64,000 bases of DNA from an uncultured Alphaproteobacteria bacterium (GTDB lineage: Bacteria; Pseudomonadota; Alphaproteobacteria; M2410): positions 29,802 through 93,801 of the forward strand of contig CBFDBJ010000002.1 of the NCBI GenBank assembly GCA_965603015.1, written 5' to 3'. Both the position numbers and the translations under genes were made by a program. This document shows, in pieces, positions 8,862-17,177 of this stretch (positions within the stretch are counted from its first letter, which is position 1; the number at the start of each line of letters is the position of its first letter). The notes under the pieces were generated by a model that saw only the letters and a list, made by a program, of their open reading frames with translations, did not search any database and had not been told where the DNA came from.

Positions 8862-9487
8862 TCTTCTTCTAAGCTATTCTCTATATTATAATCACCTAGT
8901 TCGATTTCGTAAGTCTCCGGCTCTTGGTCAAAGAGTGCCCTACTATACAAGATGCGGTGATCCAAAGGGTAGAGCTCGTTCAAATATGCGTTGAAACCTG
9001 GATTGTCCTCGTATTCAAGATCCGGTTCTACGAGTTGATCAAGCCTGCGAAGCATGTATGTACACAAATTGTCAGTTACACCAATAATCAAATCCGCGAA
9101 ATCTGCATCGTTCACTTGATCCTTCAAAGAAGCACGCCCATGAGCAATATCGCTATGTTCGTTTCGGATCTCACCTATGTAGTGTACTACACTGGAAAGC
9201 CGCCTAGACAAATCAACATCAGAGAAACCTCGTCCTCGCTGCAGTTCCGCCAGAGAACGTTTGAATAGCGGCCCAACGTCTTCTTGGTTTAAGGCCTCCA
9301 GAGATTCGTGAGCTAACAAATGTAAAGTGAGTTTTGATATTCCTTCAATCAATGCTTTGCATGTCTCAATCGAAATGTCCGGCTTCTCATCAATGTAGCC
9401 AACAACCAGATCCAAGTGACTATTGTAGTAGTCCAATCGATGGCGTTCAATCCGCGCTATTTCGTGTTTCAATTTGTCCATATCCAA
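8858..9487 (-). CDS. Abortive infection family protein (Abi_C, HEPN-like)
   Basis: IETCKALIEG and IRNEHSDIAHGR (R...H motif). ATGA overlap with hsdR. Confidence 0.7.
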   Translation of the reverse strand: MDMDKLKHEIARIERHRLDYYNSHLDLVVGYIDEKPDISIETCKALIEGISKLTLHLLAHESLEALNQEDVGPLFKRSLAELQRGRGFSDVDLSRRLSSVVHYIGEIRNEHSDIAHGRASLKDQVNDADFADLIIGVTDNLCTYMLRRLDQLVEPDLEYEDNPGFNAYLNELYPLDHRILYSRALFDQEPETYEIELGDYNIENSLEEE

Positions 9488-9489
9488 AG

Positions 9490-10704
9490 CTACCCAAACA
9501 TCATTTGTAAGAGACCCTTCTTGAATCTTTTCATTTCAAGGGTTTGCTGGAACAGCAACTGACTCTTGGCGTCTATCGCATATAGAAACTCTGAAATCTT
9601 CCGTTGCTCTGTTGTGCTTCGTGGTACAAGAACTTTTATCTCCGCCAGATCACTTGAACTTATGGCGGGGTAGCTAGTTCCCGTACATCTCCTTAGAACA
9701 TCGTTTACAAATAGATCCGTATGCATTTGTTGAAAGAGGAAGCCTGAGACCTCATTGGCACGTATTTGTGCGTAGCCTGTTGAGGCAACATAATCTCCAT
9801 CCAATTCGAATAGCAGATTATTCCTTTGGTACGGGCGCACCATTTGGAATAGCACGTCCCCTTTGGACAATACTCGTTGCGCTCGACTTGGCGCGAGGTC
9901 GCGCGATATTTCCTTTGGGGACTTTAGAGTTCCATTAGATACACTCTCCAGATCGACATAGAAGAACCTCTCAGGCAGGTCAGTCGCTCTCGGATTAACT
10001 TCAGCAAATTCTCCAAGTCTCTTCTCTTGCCACTCAGGGAAATCTCTTCCCTCATCGTCCTTAAATCGTATCTCTTGGGCAAATAGTCTTTGCAAACACC
10101 CCTTCTTGTACTCCTTAAGAAGCACTATATTCTCTTCAAGCAAAGTTGTTTTTCTATCCGCTTCACTTAAGAATTTCGCAATTCTATTCTGTTCAGATTC
10201 GTCGGGAAGATTGATCGGCCACTTGAACCAGTCTTCAAGCTTAAAAATCATCTTTTCTATATGCACACCGATACTCGAGTGAAAGAACGTTTGTTGCAGG
10301 TATATAGAATGAACAAGCTGAGCGAGATATTCAGGATCAATTGCCGCTCTACACCGCAACACCGAATACTCATTTGAAACAATAGCACCATCCAATCTCG
10401 CTGGAACAAATCCGCAAGCTCCGTGTACAATTTGACGCTTAGAGATTAGAAAATCCCCTTCGTGAATTCGGAATTGCGATTTCACGGAAATCTCGCGACC
10501 AAACAGTCTGGAACGGTGGTCGATCCCTCCTCTGGAGCGTCTAGCAGTTACAAGATCATACTGCTCATCGTCTTTGAGATCGACTGGACGACTAACAACC
10601 TCAAACAAGTCGCCTATCGCATATCGCTTCCAACCCGGCTTCGGATTAGCTAATTGTGGCTTGCCTGGTTGAACGGATTTTGGGAATCTTCTTTCGGAGG
10701 TCAT
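9490..10704 (-). CDS. hsdS: Type I restriction-modification specificity subunit S
   Basis: Two TRDs with conserved helices EQNRIAKFL...KKGCLQRLF and EQRKISEFL...KKGLLQMMF. ATG at 10704 overlaps the hsdM stop. Confidence 0.92.
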   Translation of the reverse strand: MTSERRFPKSVQPGKPQLANPKPGWKRYAIGDLFEVVSRPVDLKDDEQYDLVTARRSRGGIDHRSRLFGREISVKSQFRIHEGDFLISKRQIVHGACGFVPARLDGAIVSNEYSVLRCRAAIDPEYLAQLVHSIYLQQTFFHSSIGVHIEKMIFKLEDWFKWPINLPDESEQNRIAKFLSEADRKTTLLEENIVLLKEYKKGCLQRLFAQEIRFKDDEGRDFPEWQEKRLGEFAEVNPRATDLPERFFYVDLESVSNGTLKSPKEISRDLAPSRAQRVLSKGDVLFQMVRPYQRNNLLFELDGDYVASTGYAQIRANEVSGFLFQQMHTDLFVNDVLRRCTGTSYPAISSSDLAEIKVLVPRSTTEQRKISEFLYAIDAKSQLLFQQTLEMKRFKKGLLQMMFG

Positions 10705-12263
10705 ACCGGGGATGCGATCTCCAGTTCGTGACAAAATTCGGCGATTACCTGATCGGTTGCATCCAATTTACCCTTCAGCAATCGGAGCTCTCCGGAAACA
10801 TGTTCAATATCAATCGCGTCTTCTTCCTCAAATATGTCGACGTAGCGGGGGATGTTCAAATTGTAGTTGTTTTCAGAGATTTCCTTCAATGAAGCAACGT
10901 ATGAGTATCTTTCTTTGTTCTCACGTTTCTTGTATGTCTCGACAATCTTCCCGACGTTACCGTCACTAAGGTGATTTTGATTTGTACCCCTCTTAAATTC
11001 AGCACTTGCGTCAATGAATAGAACACTGTCATCGTGAACTCGGCATTTTTTGAGAACTAAGATGCATGCTGATATTCCTGCACCAAAAAAGAGATTTGCT
11101 GGTAACCCGATCACAGCATCAAGGTAGTTAAGCTCTTTAACAATATACTCGCGGATTGTTCCTTCAGTGCCGCCCCGAAAAAGAACGCCGTGCGGAAGCA
11201 CAATGGCAGCAGTGCCGTTGTCGGCAAGCTGGTAAATCATATGTTGAACGAATGCATAATCGGCCTTGGAGCTTGGCGCGAGCTTGCCATATTGGCTGAA
11301 GCGATCGTCGGTCTCGTTGAGCGGATTGTTCGCTCCTTTCCACTTTGCAGAAAATGGCGGATTGGCAACCACCGCCTCGAACCGTTCATCTAGGTGCTGT
11401 GGCTCCTCAAGTGTATCCTCTTGCCGAATGTCGAACTGGCTGAAATGCACATCATGCAGGATCATATTCATTCGTGCGAGATTGTAGGTCGTGCGGTTTA
11501 ACTCTTGGCCGTAAAATGCACCTACGTCGGCTTCTTTGGCGATGCGCAGGAGCAAAGAGCCGGAACCGCATGCCGGGTCATAGGCAGATTTGATGCGCTT
11601 TTTATCTAGTGTCACAATCTTGGCAAGAATCTTGGAGACCTGCTGTGGAGTGTAGAATTCGCCGGCCTTCTTGCCAGCTCCTGACGCAAATTTTGAAATC
11701 AGGTACTCGTAAGCGTCGCCCAAGACATCTGCATCCACCTTATCGAGCTGGAAGTCGATCTTATTGAGATGCTTGAGTACACGTGCAATCAGCGAGTTTC
11801 GTGCCTCAACACTGCGGCCCAGCTTTGTGCTGCTGAGATCCAGGTCTTCGAAAAGCTTGTTGAAGTCATCCTCACTGTCGGTTCCCATTGTGCTTTGCTC
11901 AATGGAATTGAGTATCGACTGCAAGTCTTCGAGGATAAAATTGCTTTCCTCTTCCGCGTCGGCGTTCCCTTTGCGGGTGATTTCAGAAAATAGCTCGTTC
12001 GGATGCAGAAAGTAACCCAGCTTTTCCAGAGATTCCTCTTTGATTGCTTCAACGTCTACTTCTGCTTCAATGTCAGCGTAATCTTTGACATCTTCCGTTT
12101 CGAGCAGCTTGTTTGCAAACAAGTGCTGCTTTTCCGACAAATACTTGTAGAAAATGAAGCCGAGGATGTAATCCCGAAATTCATCCGCATCCATCTTCCC
12201 ACGAAGCTCATTTGCAATGTTCCAAAGTTGTTGTTCAAGCCGCTGCTTCTGTGCTTCTGTCAT
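10701..12263 (-). CDS. hsdM: Type I restriction-modification methyltransferase subunit M
   Basis: GEFYTP, DPACGSGS (SAM binding) and NPPF (catalytic). Confidence 0.95.
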   Translation of the reverse strand: MTEAQKQRLEQQLWNIANELRGKMDADEFRDYILGFIFYKYLSEKQHLFANKLLETEDVKDYADIEAEVDVEAIKEESLEKLGYFLHPNELFSEITRKGNADAEEESNFILEDLQSILNSIEQSTMGTDSEDDFNKLFEDLDLSSTKLGRSVEARNSLIARVLKHLNKIDFQLDKVDADVLGDAYEYLISKFASGAGKKAGEFYTPQQVSKILAKIVTLDKKRIKSAYDPACGSGSLLLRIAKEADVGAFYGQELNRTTYNLARMNMILHDVHFSQFDIRQEDTLEEPQHLDERFEAVVANPPFSAKWKGANNPLNETDDRFSQYGKLAPSSKADYAFVQHMIYQLADNGTAAIVLPHGVLFRGGTEGTIREYIVKELNYLDAVIGLPANLFFGAGISACILVLKKCRVHDDSVLFIDASAEFKRGTNQNHLSDGNVGKIVETYKKRENKERYSYVASLKEISENNYNLNIPRYVDIFEEEDAIDIEHVSGELRLLKGKLDATDQVIAEFCHELEIASPV

Positions 12264-12394
12264 TGTCTCATTGTACTCGTTGGAAGTGATTCTCGCAAAG
12301 TGGCCGAGTGGGATATGATTGGCAACATCTATCTTCAGTTGTGAACCAAAATGAGGTGACCGGGCTGTGCACGCTCGGCCACCTCGCTCCTACA

Positions 12395-12592
12395 TTAGGA
12401 GTGTCGGTTGGGAATTTCTCGACCGTCCAACCTTGATTGAAGCCAATCCAGCACCTCATCCTCAACCCATCCCACTCTGTTGGGGCCAAGCTGTACCCGC
12501 GTGGGGAACTTACCCGCCTTTTCCAGTCGCGCGACGTGCTGGGGTGAATACAAGACCAGTTCCTTCAGTTGACGTTTTGAAAGTATCCTCAT
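12395..12592 (-). CDS. AlpA-family regulator / recombination directionality factor
   Basis: RILSKRQLKELVLYSPQHVARLEKAGKFPTRVQLGPNRVGWVEDEVLDWL, with a GGAG RBS upstream. Confidence 0.9.
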   Translation of the reverse strand: MRILSKRQLKELVLYSPQHVARLEKAGKFPTRVQLGPNRVGWVEDEVLDWLQSRLDGREIPNRHS

Positions 12593-12804
12593 CACGATGT
12601 CTCCATGATTGAAGAGCATCGCGATGCCCAAGGTTTGACAAAAGCCCAGGCGAATCTATGGTATTCGGAGAACATGAGTGATCCAAGGAAGAACATTTAA
12701 GATCATTCTGAAACTTGTAATCAGGGTGGGCCAAAAGGTGGTCTGACCTCACAATAAAATGAAAAATGGCTTTACAACAATGCCTTAGAGAAGTAATCAG
12801 TGCT

Positions 12805-12818
12805 TCTCCTGGGCACCA
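12805..12818 (+). other. att-site core: duplicated 3' end of tRNA-Leu
   Basis: TCTCCTGGGCACCA resembles the acceptor-stem 3' end plus CCA of alphaproteobacterial tRNA-Leu(CAG). No tRNA body precedes it. Confidence 0.75.
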
Positions 12819-12904
12819 CCCTGCGCTCTTCGAGCTTCGGGTGGCAGGCCACCCGAAGCTCGATTAGAGCCAGGAGTGTCTCCCGAAGCTCGAAGAGCGT
12901 AGGG
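12819..12904. repeat. REP-like palindromic element
   Basis: CCCTGCGCTCTTCGAGCTTCGGG (12819-12841) pairs with CCCGAAGCTCGAAGAGCGTAGGG (12882-12904). An internal CCACCCGAAGCTCG gives an alternative partner. Confidence 0.75.
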
Positions 12905-12929
12905 AGGCTCGTGAGACAAGGATAAGACA

Positions 12930-13541
12930 GTGACCATCACATTGCACAAGGGCGACTTGCCAGCCGACGTGACCTTTTCAGGCTCTGTTGCCATTGATAC
13001 CGAAGCCATGGGGCTCAATCCGCACCGCGATCCGCTGTGCGTCGTCCAGCTTTCCTCCGGCGACGGCAATGCCCATCTGGTTCAGCTGGATCGCACGACT
13101 TATGACGCGCCCAACCTCAAGAAACTCCTGACCGATCCTGCCGTCACCAAGATCTTTCACTACGCCCGGTTTGATGTGGCAGCGCTGCAAAATGCTTTCG
13201 GCATCGTAACGACCCCGCTTTACTGCACCAAAATCGCCTCAAAAATCGCTCGCACCTATACGGATGCCCACGGCCTCAAGTCCCTGTGCAAGGAACTCCT
13301 CGGGGTCGATCTGTCCAAGCAACAACAAAGCTCGGACTGGGGCACAGAGACCCTTTCGGAGGCGCAACAAACCTATGCCGCCTCTGATGTGCTCCACCTT
13401 CATCAGCTGATGGACAAGCTGGAAGCCATGCTCAAGCGTGAAGGCCGCCATGAGATAGCCCACGCCTGTTTCGGGTTTCTGCCAACCCGGGCGGCGCTTG
13501 ATCTTGCCGGCTGGGAAGAAATTGATATTTTCCATCATTAA
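12930..13541 (+). CDS. rnd: Ribonuclease D (3'-5' exonuclease)
   Basis: AIDTE (ExoI), KIFHYARFD, SKQQQSSDW and YAASDV. Typical position before kdsD-lpt. Confidence 0.9.
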   Translation: MTITLHKGDLPADVTFSGSVAIDTEAMGLNPHRDPLCVVQLSSGDGNAHLVQLDRTTYDAPNLKKLLTDPAVTKIFHYARFDVAALQNAFGIVTTPLYCTKIASKIARTYTDAHGLKSLCKELLGVDLSKQQQSSDWGTETLSEAQQTYAASDVLHLHQLMDKLEAMLKREGRHEIAHACFGFLPTRAALDLAGWEEIDIFHH

Positions 13542-13598
13542 ATCAATCGGTTAGCCGATTTTCGAAGCAAGCGGTCAAAGTGCCGCAAAAATCTCAGG

Positions 13599-13655
13599 TT
13601 GACGCCTCCCCGACGCTCAACATAGTCTTAAGACTTAAATGGCATGGTTTTCGCA
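13599..13655 (+). promoter_or_regulatory. Candidate sigma70 promoter and sigma54 -24/-12 site upstream of kdsD
   Basis: TTGACG-16nt-CATAGT at 13599-13626. TGGCATGGTTTTCGCA at 13640-13655 has GG-N10-GC spacing. Confidence 0.45.
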
Positions 13656-13756
13656 TGGTCGGCGACCGATTCCGAATTTCCAGCGGATTTCCGGTGAATT
13701 ATCGGTGTCGGACCAGCCGTCAACCTGTGATCTGCAACCCATGAAGGGGATTTGAA

Positions 13757-14788
13757 ATTACGACGTCAGAGAAAATTGCGAGCCACGGTGCAGGCCCTGA
13801 TAAATCTCGGTCGCCCTCACAGAACGCTATAGCAGCGGGCAGGCGGGTTCTGGAAACAGAAGCATCCGCTCTGGGTGAGCTGGCCCGCAGTCTCGATGCA
13901 AGTTTTTCGCGCGCCGTTGAGGCCCTGCTTGACGTCAAAGGCCGGGTCATCGTGTCCGGCCTCGGCAAGTCAGGCCACATCGCCCGCAAGATCACCGCAA
14001 CATTTGCTTCAACCGGCACACCGGCCCAGCACGTTCACCCGTCCGAAGCCAGCCACGGCGATCTTGGCATGATCACCCGGGCCGATGTGGTCATAATGCT
14101 GTCCAATTCCGGCGAGAACCGCGAGTTATCCGATCTGATCGCCCATACCAGGCTGGTCGGCATTCCGCTCATTGGAATTTCGTCGAAGCCTGAAAGCACT
14201 CTCATCCAGTCGTCCGATATCGGCCTGATCCTGCCGGAAGTGCCCGAAGCCTGCCCCATGGGCAAGGCACCGACGACATCCTCGACCATGATGCTGGCCC
14301 TGGGCGACGCGCTCGCCGTCGCATTGATGGAGCGGCGCGGCTTTAACATGGACGACTACCGGGTGCTGCACCCCGGCGGCCAGCTCGGCCGCTCCCTCAT
14401 CCGGGTCTCCGACGTTATGCATACCGGCACCGAAATGCCTTTGATCACGGGCAATGCTCCGATGTCAGATATGTTGGCGACACTGGTGGACAAGAAATTT
14501 GGTTGCGTCGGAATCCTGGATACCGAGGGGACTCTTGTCGGTATTTTCACGGATGGTGACCTGGGCCGCAATCTCGACAGTGAGCTGATGAACAAGTCGG
14601 CTTTTGATGTCATGACAAAAACACCAAAAGTTATTCGTGATAATGCCCTCGTCGCCGAAGCCCTTGCCATGATGAAGGAAAAAAAGATTTGGACCCTCTT
14701 CATCTTTGATCACACCAAACCGGAGACCGGCATCGCGCCGATCGGCATTATTCACATCCAGGATTGCATCAAGGCGGGATTTGAGTAG
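13757..14788 (+). CDS. kdsD: KpsF/GutQ arabinose-5-phosphate isomerase (SIS + 2 CBS)
   Basis: GRVIVSGLGKSGH, HPSEASHGDLG, APTTSST and HPGGQLG. The frame is open from 13745; the likely start is ATT at 13757 behind GAAGGGGA. Confidence 0.9.
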   Translation: MTTSEKIASHGAGPDKSRSPSQNAIAAGRRVLETEASALGELARSLDASFSRAVEALLDVKGRVIVSGLGKSGHIARKITATFASTGTPAQHVHPSEASHGDLGMITRADVVIMLSNSGENRELSDLIAHTRLVGIPLIGISSKPESTLIQSSDIGLILPEVPEACPMGKAPTTSSTMMLALGDALAVALMERRGFNMDDYRVLHPGGQLGRSLIRVSDVMHTGTEMPLITGNAPMSDMLATLVDKKFGCVGILDTEGTLVGIFTDGDLGRNLDSELMNKSAFDVMTKTPKVIRDNALVAEALAMMKEKKIWTLFIFDHTKPETGIAPIGIIHIQDCIKAGFE

Positions 14789-14792
14789 CGCC

Positions 14793-15563
14793 ATGGCCGC
14801 AAGCAACCTGCACAGTGATCCTCACACGGATGCCCACAAGGAAGACTGGCAAGCGCGCACCCCGGCAACCCTTGAAGGCGCCGAGCGCTACTCACAATTT
14901 GTCCGGATGATGCGCATTGTCCTGCCGCTTGCAGCCGTCGGCCTCATTGCAATTGTTGTCATTTACTCAATCGTCAACAAGCCGAAAATACACTTCGCGA
15001 CAACCTTCAAATCTCAGGAAGAGACCGCCGGCTATGTCGCCATGACTGCGCCGCGATTCACCGGGCTTGACGTCGAGGGTCGATATTATGTGATCACTGC
15101 AGACGAAGCGGTGCGCCCGGCTGGCCAGGTCGACCGGATCGAACTCTCGTCGGTTCATGCCGAGGTTAAGGAAAATAGCGAGGCGCGCCTCACCCTCAAC
15201 GCCGACAAGGGCACCGTTGATGCGGATGCCGGCCACCTTACTTTTGGGCCCGCTGTCTGGGTCGATCTTCAGGACGGCTTTATTCTGGAAACGAACCACG
15301 CCTTCGCGGACATGAACAGCGGGGCTATTACCGGCGACACACCCATCAGCGGGAAAAGTCCCTTCGGCACCTTTTCGGCTGACGGATTTGAAGTAAGGCG
15401 CGCTGACCAGTCAGTTCACCTTATCGGCCGCGTCCGTCTGACTATCAATCCTGCAGCCCTTGAAGACGCCCCCGAAAGTATTCGCGACCTTGAAGATCGC
15501 AGATCATCAAGCACACAAGACAGTGAAATAATATCAGCGCCGAAGGATGAACAGAACCAATGA
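14793..15563 (+). CDS. lptC: LPS export periplasmic protein LptC
   Basis: RYSQFVRMMRIVLP followed by a TM helix, then MTAPRFTGLD. Synteny. Confidence 0.8.
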   Translation: MAASNLHSDPHTDAHKEDWQARTPATLEGAERYSQFVRMMRIVLPLAAVGLIAIVVIYSIVNKPKIHFATTFKSQEETAGYVAMTAPRFTGLDVEGRYYVITADEAVRPAGQVDRIELSSVHAEVKENSEARLTLNADKGTVDADAGHLTFGPAVWVDLQDGFILETNHAFADMNSGAITGDTPISGKSPFGTFSADGFEVRRADQSVHLIGRVRLTINPAALEDAPESIRDLEDRRSSSTQDSEIISAPKDEQNQ

Positions 15564-16243
15564 TCAAACGGGCTTTCAAAAACCTCGCGCTCAAAAAACG
15601 GACCATCGCAAGCCTGTTGCTTGTCGGGGCGGTCGGCGTGGCCGCGCCCGCCTATGCAGCTCCCGGCGCCGAAGCCGGCTGTCCCAACATCAACCCTGAA
15701 CTGGCCATAAGTGTAGGGGCCAACGAGTCAGAATTCCTCAAGCAGGAGACAAGGGTTATCCTGCGCGGCGATGTCACCATTGACCAGGGCGTACTTCATT
15801 TGGCGGCCGACGAAGTCACCATCGAATATCTGCAAGGCGACACCCGGGACAATGGCAGTCAAGGCAAGGTCAATTCACTGTTGGCGCGCGGGACCGTCAA
15901 GATCGTCTGTGAGAATGACCGCGCCCATGGCGGCGAGGCGTTTTATAACGTCGCGCGGCGTACCATCCAGCTGACCCACGACGTCCTGCTTGTGCGCAAG
16001 GAAAATATTCTGAAGGGCGAAACCCTGTTCATTGATCTCGACACCGGGCACATGACCATCGAGGGTGGTGGAACACCGATGACCGATAGCACCGAGATTG
16101 CCAGAGACACCCGTATCAAGGCAGTCTTCACGCCTGCTGCGAAGGCTACCGCACCGGACGACGCGAAAAATGTTACGGGAAATAACGCCGAAGCCGAGCC
16201 GGGTATCAGCCCTGATGAGCCGGATACCGCCCCCGATGAGTAA
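15560..16243 (+). CDS. lptA: LPS transport periplasmic protein LptA/OstA
   Basis: Signal peptide, LRGDVTIDQGVLHLAADEV and LKGETLFIDLDTG. Synteny. Confidence 0.85.
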   Translation: MIKRAFKNLALKKRTIASLLLVGAVGVAAPAYAAPGAEAGCPNINPELAISVGANESEFLKQETRVILRGDVTIDQGVLHLAADEVTIEYLQGDTRDNGSQGKVNSLLARGTVKIVCENDRAHGGEAFYNVARRTIQLTHDVLLVRKENILKGETLFIDLDTGHMTIEGGGTPMTDSTEIARDTRIKAVFTPAAKATAPDDAKNVTGNNAEAEPGISPDEPDTAPDE

Positions 16244-16324
16244 GCCTTGTTCACCCTCCGGAAATACAAATCAGGTAAAACAGGTACCAACGCCACCAGT
16301 GATAGAAAATCAAACAGGCACATT

Positions 16325-17131
16325 ATGAACGACACCGGACAAACACAGGACGAAACGACGACCACCGCCAGACCAAATGGCGCAGGCGAGCCGCGTCTTG
16401 TCACGGAAAACACCGGCCTTGTCGTCGATATGATCTGCAAGAGCTTCAAGAAGCGGCCCGTGGTTCGCGGCATTTCCCTCCAGCTGCAACGTGGCCAGGT
16501 GGTCGGACTGCTGGGACCAAATGGTGCCGGCAAGACCACTTGTTTTTACATGATCACCGGTCTCTTGCCCGTTGACTATGGTCGCATCATCCTCGACGGG
16601 CACGACATTACCAAAATGCCAATGTATCGCCGTGCGAGATTGGGGATCGGTTACTTGCCTCAGGAAGCGTCAATCTTCCGTGGTCTGAGCGTAGAAGACA
16701 ATATCCGCGCCTGTCTGGAGCTGATCGAACCGGTTGCTGATCGGCGCGAGGCCATGCTCGACGAGTTGCTGGCAGAGTTTTCCATCACTCACCTCAGGCG
16801 CACCCCGGCACTTGCCCTGTCCGGCGGGGAGAGGCGCAGGGTCGAGATTGCCCGCGCGCTCGCTTCGCGCCCGTCTTTCATGCTTCTCGATGAGCCCTTC
16901 GCCGGGGTCGATCCGATTGCTGTCGGAGAAATTCGGGATTTGGTAACCAAGTTGAAAGAAAGAGGCATCGGCGTCCTTATCACCGACCACAACGTACGCG
17001 AGACGCTGGATATTATTGACCGCGCCGCCATCATCCATGACGGCCAGGTCCTGATGGAAGGAAAACCCGCAGAAATCGTGGGTAACGAGGATGTTCGCCG
17101 CGTTTACCTCGGTGACAGGTTTTCCCTGTAG
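16325..17131 (+). CDS. lptB: LPS export ABC transporter ATP-binding protein
   Basis: [36 protein letters not shown] and YLG. Confidence 0.95.
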   Translation: MNDTGQTQDETTTTARPNGAGEPRLVTENTGLVVDMICKSFKKRPVVRGISLQLQRGQVVGLLGPNGAGKTTCFYMITGLLPVDYGRIILDGHDITKMPMYRRARLGIGYLPQEASIFRGLSVEDNIRACLELIEPVADRREAMLDELLAEFSITHLRRTPALALSGGERRRVEIARALASRPSFMLLDEPFAGVDPIAVGEIRDLVTKLKERGIGVLITDHNVRETLDIIDRAAIIHDGQVLMEGKPAEIVGNEDVRRVYLGDRFSL

Positions 17132-17177
17132 GGTTGGAGACGTGGGGAAATTGAACAGGCATGAAGAGTAAAATCGT

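Larger units (their letters stand above)
1..12818. mobile_element. Right part of a tRNA-Leu-integrated element (left end and integrase are outside the window)
   Basis: Ends at a tRNA 3'-end fragment (TCTCCTGGGCACCA, 12805-12818) just before core gene rnd. Contains AlpA, coupling ATPases, a replication-relaxation protein and type I RM. Visibly more AT-rich than the downstream core genes. Confidence 0.85.

Noticed and set aside
13952-14788. ORF-track start for kdsD at GTG 13952
   Set aside because: It would remove the conserved first helix and strand of the SIS domain.
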